This document shows positions 19,237 to 28,560 of a DNA stretch of 64,000 nucleotides, one piece after another; position 1 is the stretch's first letter; each line of letters opens with the position of its first letter. The notes under the pieces were generated by a model. That model was not told the DNA's origin. It did not search any database and was given only the letters and a program-made list of their open reading frames with translations. The DNA is from Smithellaceae bacterium. Lineage in GTDB: Bacteria > Desulfobacterota > Syntrophia > Syntrophales > Smithellaceae. The stretch spans positions 32,001 through 96,000 of the forward strand of contig CAXXVL010000002.1 in assembly GCA_963667845.2 (NCBI GenBank), given 5' to 3'. The position numbers were made by a program, and so were the translations under genes.

Positions 19237-19431
19237 CTAGCCGAGAAAAAACCAGTAGAGCAACGCCGCCATCGAGAGAGTAAGCCCCACCACGGCGAGC
19301 CAGGCGGGACGGATAACCCGGGTACCCTTGGACCGTTCCCACTCCCGAATCTTCTGACTTTTCTTTTTACCCTTGTTGTCGTGTTTTCTTTCTGTCTTCT
19401 TTTGCAGGTCTTTTTTTTGCTTGTGGTCCAC
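19237..19431 (-). CDS. Small basic membrane protein
   Basis: Lys-rich N-terminus and one C-terminal TM segment (WLAVVGLTLSMAALLYWFFLG). Confidence 0.55.
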   Translation of the reverse strand: MDHKQKKDLQKKTERKHDNKGKKKSQKIREWERSKGTRVIRPAWLAVVGLTLSMAALLYWFFLG

Positions 19432-19602
19432 GGATTCACCCCCGAGGGAACGTTCTGAGTTTTGATCAAACCAAAGAGTTACTTATCAGTGAAGATCAAC
19501 AACCGTTACCACTATGTTCTTTTTCCTGAGAATAGATACTATTATTCTCTTGACCGTCAGCCTTCTGTTGCATGTCGATCTGTCAGGATTGTCCGGTTCG
19601 GC

Positions 19603-20853
19603 TCAGGCTTGCTTCTCAGCTCTGCTCGGTGCCTCAACTTTTGCCGGCGCACATTTTTCCTCTTTATGCCGATCGGCCGAGATCTCGACAGCGATGGCGG
19701 CAGCCTGCTCGGCCGGCATGCCTTCGGCCCGGCGCTCATACTCCTCTTCGCCGCGCTCATCTCGTTCCTTAATCTCCACATCTTCCGCCTGCTCCTGCTG
19801 CCCGGGCAGCTCAATGCGCAGTTCCTCGATGAGCATCCGTGCCGTCGCCGCCACCGGAAGGGCAAGAAGCGCCCCGACGACGCCGTATAAAATGCCTCCC
19901 GACAAAAGCGACAAAAGGATCACGGACGACGGGAGCCGCAACGCCCGCCCATAGACCCGGGGAATGATTATACGGCTCTCGAGTTCCTCGTAGACAAGCA
20001 TCAGCAGAAGTACAACGATAATGACGACAGGGCCGCGAGAAAGAGCCGCCGCCACTGCAGCGCCCACCGAAAACAGTGGACCGATATAAGGCAGGATGTC
20101 GGCAACGCCCGCAAACACTGCGATGGGCAGGGCGTTTTGAACACCGCAGGCCATCAGGAGAATGTACACGAAGACGCCCATGAAAGCACAGGTGATCACC
20201 TGCCCGCGGATATAAGCACCGACGATGGTTTCCAGATTCAGCATGATCCGGGAAAGCCGGATGTGGTGTGACCGGGGCACCAGCAGAAAGATGCCTCCGC
20301 GCAGCCGATCCCGGTCGATCATGATGTATAGCGCGAGGAATACGGAACTCAGGATGTACGCGATGATCTCGACGGCACGTGTGGAGATCTCAAGGGCATT
20401 CGAGGTGACCATCTTTACAAGATCGCCGGAGTGCACTTTGCGAAGCATTTCCGCCAGAGGGCTGGTCAGATGGGAGCCGGCCAGCCACTTTGTCAGGCGT
20501 GCCCGCAGAGCGGGTTCCTGGTCCACAAGGCTTGTCAACTGCTCAATCAGCGATGGAATGGTCATTGTGATGAAAAGAACGGTAACTGCCAGAAGCGCTG
20601 TGAAAACGATCGCAATGCTCAAACCCCGGCGCAGGTGCCGCGCTTCGAACCACTCGACCGCGGGGCTTATGGAGCAGACGATAATGAGGGCCGCTACAAG
20701 TGCCAGAACCACCGGCAGAAGCTGGTTCAGCAACCACAGACCGGCGATAATGAGCAGCACAGTGATAATGGCGCCGATAGAAGGCTCGATACGAATCACG
20801 CGGCGGCGCTTTCGCCCGGGGGAAGATCCGGAGGAAACCTGATCAGGCATCAT
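19603..20853 (-). CDS. AI-2E family transporter
   Basis: Multi-TM; GAYIRGQV, LPYIGP, IIPRVYGRALRL, GVVGALLALPVAA. Confidence 0.92.
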   Translation of the reverse strand: MMPDQVSSGSSPGRKRRRVIRIEPSIGAIITVLLIIAGLWLLNQLLPVVLALVAALIIVCSISPAVEWFEARHLRRGLSIAIVFTALLAVTVLFITMTIPSLIEQLTSLVDQEPALRARLTKWLAGSHLTSPLAEMLRKVHSGDLVKMVTSNALEISTRAVEIIAYILSSVFLALYIMIDRDRLRGGIFLLVPRSHHIRLSRIMLNLETIVGAYIRGQVITCAFMGVFVYILLMACGVQNALPIAVFAGVADILPYIGPLFSVGAAVAAALSRGPVVIIVVLLLMLVYEELESRIIIPRVYGRALRLPSSVILLSLLSGGILYGVVGALLALPVAATARMLIEELRIELPGQQEQAEDVEIKERDERGEEEYERRAEGMPAEQAAAIAVEISADRHKEEKCAPAKVEAPSRAEKQA

Positions 20854-21002
20854 ACCGCCTCCGTTCCGGCAATTTTGTTTGATAAAAAATTGCCTGCTAC
20901 AGGCAGCAGCAAAGGAAATTCAAACTTGAATGCCAGTGCAAGAGAGGCCGCGAGGTATGGGGTGACGCAGTGATGACCATGTCGATTGTACATTGTGAGA
21001 TC

Positions 21003-21527
21003 CTAATCCAGATGCTTTGTGACGGACAGGGTTGACGGATCGCCGTCAACGTCAATTTCTTCAAAACCTATCTGTTTAATAAATTTGCGCATGGACGAGT
21101 TGCTTTTGAGTACGGAGCCGGTAATTTGTCTTACCCCGCTCACCTGGAGGTGCCTTATCAAGGCATTCATCAGTCTTGCCCCAATGCCGCGCTTTCGCCA
21201 GGCGTCCGCGACGACAATGGCAAACTCGCAGTCCGCCCGATCGGGATCGATCACGTATCGTGCCACACCGATTTCTTCTTCGCCTTTTTCTTTGCTGCGC
21301 AGGACGACCATGGCAACTGCGTTTCGGGCATCAAGTTCCGTAAAGCTCTTTAACTCTTTCTCGCTGAGGTCTTTGATCGTGCCATGAAAACGGCGGTAGC
21401 TTGATTCAGGTGATAGTCCATGCACGAACGCTTGCTCTTTGGCAGCATCGGCAGGTACGATATGGCGCAAGGTCAGCTTTTCGCCGTCCGCAAGTGTCCA
21501 GGTTCCTTCATAATCATCGTTACTCAT
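21003..21527 (-). CDS. GNAT N-acetyltransferase (similar to the Pat/YfiQ GNAT domain)
   Basis: LSPESSYRRF, IGVARY, EFAIVVADAWRKRGIG. Confidence 0.88.
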   Translation of the reverse strand: MSNDDYEGTWTLADGEKLTLRHIVPADAAKEQAFVHGLSPESSYRRFHGTIKDLSEKELKSFTELDARNAVAMVVLRSKEKGEEEIGVARYVIDPDRADCEFAIVVADAWRKRGIGARLMNALIRHLQVSGVRQITGSVLKSNSSMRKFIKQIGFEEIDVDGDPSTLSVTKHLD

Positions 21528-22310
21528 GATGTGGCCTGATCATCCTTTTTGGCGCAAACTTCCGTCGGGGCCAAAGGATGAAAAGACAACAGCAACTTTT
21601 TGCCGGCAAGCGCAGCTATGTCTCCGACTTTAATCGCGGCCATTTTATGTTCTCACTTTCTTCTTTTGATTTCTGAGCTCAACCACGCCTGTCGTACCAA
21701 TAAGTCATCAAGGTGGTTTGGTTTATGCTTTCTCTGAATGTTTCCCAAAATCATGTAGGATACTATTTCTTTTTCCTTGAGAATCTCTTGTCTGGTCATT
21801 TTTACGCCCTCAATTTATTGTTAAAAAATACAAACCCTACTCCATCTCAGTGGAACCGGACAATGAAGCAATCGCCTTTGACAATTCAATGCGCGCTTCA
21901 GAATAACCCTCAACTTATGGTGACATGATCATGGTAACGCAAATAGCCTGCCAATAACTGAAGGAGTGTCTGTAGTTTCTAACTAACCACGTGACAACAT
22001 ACCCTTAGAGCAATAAAAACAAATGGTGGGAAATATGAAATGATCCGTTTGGCCTCCATATCCGGTGGGGCCTCAGTATATTGAGGGGTACTGAAGGAAA
22101 CAGTGTTTTGTTTCAGGGTCGGTATAACGCGACATCACCGGCTGCGCCGGCCTGCAGTGGCGCGAGGTGACACGCGCATAATTAATAATCCGGGATGGCT
22201 ATCCCTAATGATCACTTGAAGAAAACGTAGCAAGGATAATACCGTTGTGTTAAATTTTGAGGAGATAGAGTTTTAAAGGCTGACAACAAATTAATTTAAG
22301 GAGGGAAACC

Positions 22311-23237
22311 ATGACGAAAGCAAAACGAATTACTGCAGTGACTATCTTTCTCTTCATGCTGATTCTTACGTTTGTTGTATCTTCCATAGCCCAGACGCCT
22401 GAAGGGTTTGTGGTCACAATCATCGGGTCTGGAAACCCTCTGCTTTCCGCTGAGAGAGCTAATCCCAGCACGCTTGTGCAATACAAAGATAAACAGTTTC
22501 TGGTCGACTGCGGCACCGGGTCAATAACAAGCCTGCTGAAGCTAAATATAGAGCCCGGCAAAATAAAAAACATGCTCTTCACCCATCATCACTGCGACCA
22601 CAACGCCGACTACTGGGCCTTCGTTATTGGCGGCTGGGGTTACCCGGGAGGAAGACGTCAGATGAACCTTGTTGGCCCCCCCGGCACAAAAACCCTTCAT
22701 CAAATAACCCTGGATTTCTATAAGACGGATTTAGACTACCGCATGAATGTCATCGGTATTTCGGAGGCGGGCCTGCGTTCGGATGTCACTATTAAAGAAC
22801 TGATGAGTCGCATGGAGAGCTTCGAGCTGGACGGCGTAAAGATTACAACCCTCCGGGTTCCGCATACCATCGAAACATACGCTTACCGGTTTGATGCAGG
22901 CGGGCAATCGGTTGTCATTTCCGGAGACCTCACCTATACACCTCACTTTTCGCCTTTCGCCAAAAACGCCGATATTATCGTTCTCGATGGACAGATGTCG
23001 GTTGAATTTACCAGTCTCCGGCCCGCCGCAGCAGCCCTGATAAAACGCAATCTTCTGCAGTCGCATATTTCCAATCCGGAAATTGCCAAAGTCGCCGCTG
23101 ATGCGTCGCCCAAGAAATTCATCCTCAGCCATCTTTGCGATACCATGGATTTATCCGGCAATACTAAATTATACAGGGATGCGGGTTTCAAAGGCGAGGT
23201 CATCCAAGCCTATGATGGACTGAAAATAATTCCCTAA
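22311..23237 (+). CDS. Exported MBL-fold hydrolase (RNase Z / AtsA-like)
   Basis: Signal peptide; IGSGNP, LVDCG, THHHCDH, VPH, ISGD, LSHL. Confidence 0.88.
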   Translation: MTKAKRITAVTIFLFMLILTFVVSSIAQTPEGFVVTIIGSGNPLLSAERANPSTLVQYKDKQFLVDCGTGSITSLLKLNIEPGKIKNMLFTHHHCDHNADYWAFVIGGWGYPGGRRQMNLVGPPGTKTLHQITLDFYKTDLDYRMNVIGISEAGLRSDVTIKELMSRMESFELDGVKITTLRVPHTIETYAYRFDAGGQSVVISGDLTYTPHFSPFAKNADIIVLDGQMSVEFTSLRPAAAALIKRNLLQSHISNPEIAKVAADASPKKFILSHLCDTMDLSGNTKLYRDAGFKGEVIQAYDGLKIIP

Positions 23238-23322
23238 TTCTCCGCCGCCGGAGAGCATGCATCCTGACTGATTGATCTTCGGCGACGCAGGTGAGGAAAC
23301 ATTTCAAATGGCGGGAGGCGTG

Positions 23323-23501
23323 GTAGTTGAACCGGGGCATCCCATCGCTCAGCATGCCCTGCAACTGTGGCTCTAAGGCTCGTTACGCGACAGCCGAAAA
23401 CTCACCTTCGGCTCAGACAGTTCGGCTGTCTAATGCTCCATTTCGCCAAGAGCCACAACGTTTCGGGCATATTCGCTCACGGTATGCCCCGGTTCAACTA
23501 C
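23323..23501. repeat. 179-bp long imperfect palindrome (REPIN/MITE-like)
   Basis: Perfect 18-bp inverted ends GTAGTTGAACCGGGGCAT/ATGCCCCGGTTCAACTAC with nested inner stems. Confidence 0.75.
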
Positions 23502-24181
23502 TGTTTTTTCTTGCAATGTAGTTTTGAAGTAGTATTATTCGTCTCGCATCACGTACTAAGCATCATGCATCAAGAAATAATTATTTAATGTTAATTGGGA
23601 GATTGAAAACCAATATTTCAAGACCTTGACCTTACCCCCGGAAAGTGATCCATTTTCAATTTTTTGAGTACTTCCTGATAATGAAATCAGAAAGAGATTG
23701 TGAAGACTAGAGGGGATGTACTTCAAAATATATCAATCCACTTCATTCAATCAGGTATGAATATCAGGACACAGAGAGATATTCTATAATGTTCCCGCTA
23801 AGAGAAACATCCTTTTTTTAAAAGGGCAACAATATCGGTAAAGTAAATTTCAAGCTTCTTTTCAGGCACATGCCTGCCCGCTCTCTCACGCCTTTGGCCG
23901 GCTCATCCGCACGTGCTACGTGCAAAGATCGTCGATCCCCAGACCGATGCCACGCTTCGACCGTCACTACCGCTGCTTTGTCCTCTGGTCTTTTATGAGA
24001 TTTGATTAACTTGAACGGTTCTAATTGTTCAGACTGCTCAGGATACTGTCAATTTCATCCTGTGATTTGATGTCCGGGGGGGAGAGCTCGACGGCCGCCA
24101 TGCAGATGTCGATCCTCTTGGCGATAGCGCGGATCTTCTACTCGATGTTCAAGTCCAACAATGACAACCTTCGGGTATCAA

Positions 24182-24817
24182 TCACCTGATAAAGTGAGTA
24201 AATATTTTCTCTTCTTTCCGGGGCGGCTCAATTTTACCTGCTGTGGCTTCTTTCATCTTTAACAACCATGCCATATTCTTACCCAAAACACTCATGATCT
24301 GTGCGCCTTCGCCATCCTTTATTGCTTCGCCGGGAGTTCTGCCATGTATCACATTCCAATACCTGGATGTTGCAATGATCATTTCGGAATAAGTGAGATA
24401 ATGGTTCAGACTATCGAAAGTAACAGAACCGCCTGTTCTTCTGACTGCTACAACTGCTGCCGCAACTTTATGACGAAATAAATTCCCATTCGATCCGGCG
24501 ACAAAAAACATACGGTCCAGGAAACTTTTCATCGTACCCGGTATACCCGAATAATAGACAGGTGAGCCCAAAATAATGCCATCGGCCGGCTTTACTATTT
24601 GTAAGCAATCATTCAGTTCATCAGATTTAATAGAGCATTTTTCATCCATATTTATGGAACATTTCCCGCAAGCAATACAGCCATGGATCATCTTATGACC
24701 GATGTGGAGTATCTCAAACTCTATACCAGCGGCTTTGAGTTCACTGCCGACCATGCTCAGGGCATGAAAAGTATTCCCTTCTTTGTTGGGGCTTCCGTTT
24801 ATTGCTATTACTTTCAA
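24182..24817 (-). CDS. Iron-sulfur flavoprotein (multimeric flavodoxin / WrbA family)
   Basis: INGSP, GCIACGKC...C, GSPVYY, MKSFLDR, RRTGG; TTG start; AT-rich. Confidence 0.9.
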   Translation of the reverse strand: MKVIAINGSPNKEGNTFHALSMVGSELKAAGIEFEILHIGHKMIHGCIACGKCSINMDEKCSIKSDELNDCLQIVKPADGIILGSPVYYSGIPGTMKSFLDRMFFVAGSNGNLFRHKVAAAVVAVRRTGGSVTFDSLNHYLTYSEMIIATSRYWNVIHGRTPGEAIKDGEGAQIMSVLGKNMAWLLKMKEATAGKIEPPRKEEKIFTHFIR

Positions 24818-25300
24818 TGTTTTCAGGGCCTCTTTTACTTTCTAATGTTGATAAGATATTATTCTCGTTTGTTTTGGGGAATGTAGGCCAAGACGCTCTC
24901 CTGTGTCAAGAAGAAACCATTATAATTATTCGGACATTGCGGAATGAAGCCTACCCATTCGATCAGCCATACACGTCTTGAAAGTCATCCCTGTTTATCC
25001 TACACCATGCAGAAGATCTCTCTATGAACGACCCGGGAAGGTTCAAGAGGGTGTCCTTAAGATACAGTAAGAAGTTTCTCTCATTTATTGATGAGACGTT
25101 AGCAGGATTATTCATATTGACAATGAGCAGCCGAATCGTCGTCTCTTTGATTCCGGCGCAATGGCAGGCCGGACGCGATGTATTTCCGGAGAGGGTATGC
25201 TCTTCCCGATTTCCGCTTGACAGCATCTTTTCGCTTCGTCATACTTCGCCCTGCGGACAATTGACGTATTGCTAAACCGATTGCCGACGGGAGGTTGAAC

Positions 25301-25702
25301 ATGGCCAGATATAAAATTGAGTTTGAGATCGTGGAGGGCAAAGGGGGCCAGCTCAAGAAAGACGGCAAGCGCATCATTTTGCCCCCCGATATGGTCCAGC
25401 AGGGCATTTGCGAGTGGATGTACCGCGGCGATGGAGAGAACAGCTACGAGGCGGGGCAGCGATTTGCTTATCCCCGGGACATCGGCAAACTGTGTCCCTG
25501 GCTGCTCGGCTCTTTGCAGAATTTTATTCAGGCGCTCGGCCACGGGGGCATCCTGGATTGGACATACGAAGGAACTCCGTACGAAAAGACGATTGATCCC
25601 GACGCGATAACGACGGAGTTTATCCGCTGTCCCGATCCGACACCGGCGGGCATCGTGGTCAAGCTGATCAGAACCAGGCTGCCCGACCATCCCAAAACCT
25701 GA
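25301..25702 (+). CDS. Hypothetical protein, TIGR04076-like Cys motifs
   Basis: GGGAGG RBS; ICEW, GQRF, LCPW, RCPDP, VVKLIR pattern; family assignment from memory. Confidence 0.65.
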   Translation: MARYKIEFEIVEGKGGQLKKDGKRIILPPDMVQQGICEWMYRGDGENSYEAGQRFAYPRDIGKLCPWLLGSLQNFIQALGHGGILDWTYEGTPYEKTIDPDAITTEFIRCPDPTPAGIVVKLIRTRLPDHPKT

Positions 25703-25864
25703 CGGACAAAACACCGCTGGGTTCATGCTTTCCGTGGGCAAACAAGGGGGCCTATAATGTTCCCCCAATTCCTTTAAGAAATAGTAAAGAACGTTGAATA
25801 GTCCCATTCAGATAAGAAGCCTTAAAGAATGCTTTTGGCTGTGCATAATAAAGAAGGAGGCATA

Positions 25865-26080
25865 ATGATAACATCAGTGGGAAATGCAAAAGAAAAATGG
25901 TGCCCGTTTGCTAGAGGACAGGCTTCCCCTCGAGAAAACGCAGCCGGAACATGTCTTGGACCAGACTGCATGATGTGGCGTTTTTGGGTCCCGCTTCCGG
26001 ACATAAGAACGGAAAAAGTTAGGCACGGCATAAAGGATTCGGCTAAGAAAGGATATTGCGGACTATCAGGGACATATTAA
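25865..26080 (+). CDS. Small Cys-rich hypothetical protein
   Basis: AGGAGG RBS; KWCPFAR...TCLGPDCMMWR...GYCGLSG. Confidence 0.7.
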   Translation: MITSVGNAKEKWCPFARGQASPRENAAGTCLGPDCMMWRFWVPLPDIRTEKVRHGIKDSAKKGYCGLSGTY

Positions 26081-26554
26081 TGGATATTTTGAAGGGAACG
26101 TTGTCGTCGAATGCGACTTCCTGAATCCCTTGAGTTACACTTCCCGGCGTCTCGATTGAGATGCCGGGCCGCATAGGAAGTGCGTGTCGGACACGGGCCG
26201 TGTCCGCATGCTGCATGACAACCGGGGAACATATCCGGCGAGGTAGCGGGACATCTTATAATGTTCCCGCCAAGAGAAAAAAAGCATTTTTAAAAATGCA
26301 ATATTCTCTGCTAAGTAAAATTCACTCCTTTTTCTGAATGCTGAGTGCACGTCCGCCTTTCGCCTGCGGGGCAGACGTGCTGGTCTGTTTCCCGATGACA
26401 TACAATAGAACACACAGCGGAAGCATTGTTAGTTAGGGGCAGCGCCTTGTCATATCTATTACCGGCATCACCCTCGCCTTTGACCGGCTTATCCATGTGT
26501 GCTATGCACAAAGCGGCTAGTAAAAAATTACTTAAGCGAAAGGAATAAAGTATT

Positions 26555-27343
26555 ATGGATCTTTCACAGTTTTCTCTCGAAGGAAAAGTTGCCGTGGTCA
26601 CCGGAGGAAGCCGGGGCATCGGCCGCGCCGCAGCGTTGGCGATGGCTGACGCCGGCGCAAACGTTGTGGTGAGCAGCCGGAAAATCGCCGATCTCGAACC
26701 CGTTGCCGCGGAGATATCGGCCAAAGGCGTCAAAGGCAGGGCCATTGCGGCCCATGTCGGCAAGATGGATGATTCCAAAGCACTGATTGATCAGGTGATG
26801 AAGGAATTCGGCCGTATCGACGTTCTCTTTAATAACGCCGGCACCAATCCTTATTACGGACCGATGATGGACCAGGATGAAAAAACCTACGACATCACCA
26901 TGAACGTCAATGTGAAGAGCCTCTTCTTTCTGAGCCAGATGGCGGCAAAGATTATGAAGGCGCAGGGCGGCGGATCGATCATCAACACATCCTCCATCGG
27001 TGGAATCCGGGCGGGCGAGTTGGGCGTCTATTGCGCCACCAAGGCCGCCGTCATCATGCTCACCGAAACGATGGCCAAGGAATGGGGGCAGTACAACATT
27101 CGCGTCAACGCCATCGCCCCGGGCATCATCAAAACGCGTCTCAGCGAAGCCTTGTGGAAAAATCCCGAAGTCAATGCCAGGGCCATCTCCCAGATCCCTC
27201 TCCTGCGCCTGGGCGAGCCTGAGGAACTGGCCGGCATCGTCGTGTTTCTGGCCTCCAAGGCGGGGAGCTATGTCACCGGTGAAACGATTGTGGTCGACGG
27301 CGGCCGCGTTCACAATGAACCGGCCTGGCGGGAAAAGAAATAA
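26555..27343 (+). CDS. SDR family oxidoreductase
   Basis: TGGSRGIG, NNAGTNP, YCATK; terminator-like hairpin at about 27371-27403. Confidence 0.93.
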   Translation: MDLSQFSLEGKVAVVTGGSRGIGRAAALAMADAGANVVVSSRKIADLEPVAAEISAKGVKGRAIAAHVGKMDDSKALIDQVMKEFGRIDVLFNNAGTNPYYGPMMDQDEKTYDITMNVNVKSLFFLSQMAAKIMKAQGGGSIINTSSIGGIRAGELGVYCATKAAVIMLTETMAKEWGQYNIRVNAIAPGIIKTRLSEALWKNPEVNARAISQIPLLRLGEPEELAGIVVFLASKAGSYVTGETIVVDGGRVHNEPAWREKK

Positions 27344-27455
27344 AAAATCAGTTCGAAGTCCACATTTTTCAAAGGGCGCGGTCATCGGTGACCGCGCCCT
27401 TTTCAATATCTGCACCTGCTGCATAAAAGCTCAACCAGGGATCAAATCTTTTCGA

Positions 27456-27554
27456 TCAACCACCTGGCAGCAAACTGTCAAGGTATGAAATGAACGTCAT
27501 TATTTCGCAGCAAGCTGCGGAGAATTCACGCTCGCCCCGCCTAAGCGGGGTCAA
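27456..27554 (+). repeat. Modular palindromic repeat, long form (copy 4)
   Basis: TCAACCACCTGGCAGCAAACTGTCAAGGTATGAAATGAACGTCATTATTTCGCAGCAAGCTGCGGAGAATTCACGCTCGCCCCGCCTAAGCGGGGTCAA. Confidence 0.85.
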
Positions 27555-27690
27555 AGCCGAAAATTACGCTTTGCATGATTCGGGTGACCTGACAAATCTG
27601 CTCGACTGTCATGTAGACGCCCCGCAAGCGGTGCGTGTTTCGGCGGTATTCTCTTGCATGTTCTTCTGACCAGAAGAAGACGCTCTCTTT

Positions 27691-28290
27691 TCAAAATGCC
27701 TCGACGATGCTTTCATCGGGGATGCCGATCAGATCGACGTCCGGCACAAAGACGATGGGGTCGCAGTCTTCATTCGCCCGGAAACCGAGATCGCTGTCGA
27801 TCGTTAATGTCATGGGCTTTCCGCAATGGGCACATTTGGTCTCAACGGTGACGGCGAGCGGCTTATTTCTTAGTCGCCCTTGCACGAAGGGCGTCGCAAA
27901 TGCGTCAACGGCTCAGGCGGCATAAATCTGCTCGCCCGTGTCAAAGGTGACATGGTGCGGCGTTTTTTCGAGGGTCACCGGATAGGCCCACACAACGCTG
28001 CCCGCCCCATTTCTGAAGAGGAATGTCATATGTTCCTCCAGGTCATTCAGAATCCTGTTCACCTTTTCGATTGGCAGATTCAAAGCGCCGGCAATGGAAC
28101 CGGGCGAAAGCGGTTGACCCAAACCTGGAAGCTCGCGAACCACATAGTGGTGGACTCTCCGATGCTCGGCCGTCATAAACGCAAGATTAGCGGCCATTTT
28201 GGCTTTGCCTTTCGCCCGTTGTTTCTCCAGTAAGAACGGCGGAACATTGAGCATGTACCGCCACATCCCCAGCATAATTTTATTTTTCAT
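27691..28290 (-). CDS. MerB-like (organomercurial lyase family) probable selenoprotein, 199 aa, UGA at codon 126
   Basis: Two ORF-track entries are in frame across TGA 27913-27915: WAYPVTLEKTPHHVTFDTGEQIYAA-U-AVDAFATPF...VETKCAHCGKPMTLTI, matching MerB T.H...LYAWCALD...SRC..TG; GGAGGAG RBS. Confidence 0.82.
27875..27893 (-). promoter_or_regulatory. Candidate bacterial SECIS hairpin
   Basis: CGCCCUU-CGUGC-AAGGGCG after a 19-nt spacer from the UGA; GU at the 5' side of the loop. Confidence 0.65.
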
Positions 28291-28560
28291 CACTCCTCCT
28301 GTTTTCTTAAAACGAATCACCTGCGCGGCCAAAACGCTCTTTCTTTGCCGCCTCCCGGATGCAATCCTGCACTATGAAGCTGTAGTCGGGTCAAGCTTTT
28401 CTTTTGAGGAGAAAACAGTGTGGATATAACGAGAAGATGGATAAATAATCGGTAGTGCAGGCGGCACGGCACGAGGGCACGCATTTGGCAATATAAACGT
28501 GCCCTCGTGTTGAATGGTGTTGATGGGAACTTATGTCCGTCCTTCTTCCGGAACCTCGAC

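Noticed and set aside
24963..25226. 87-aa minus-strand ORF upstream of the flavoprotein gene
   Set aside because: No RBS or family motif, and it overlaps the likely promoter of the next gene; at most a fragment.
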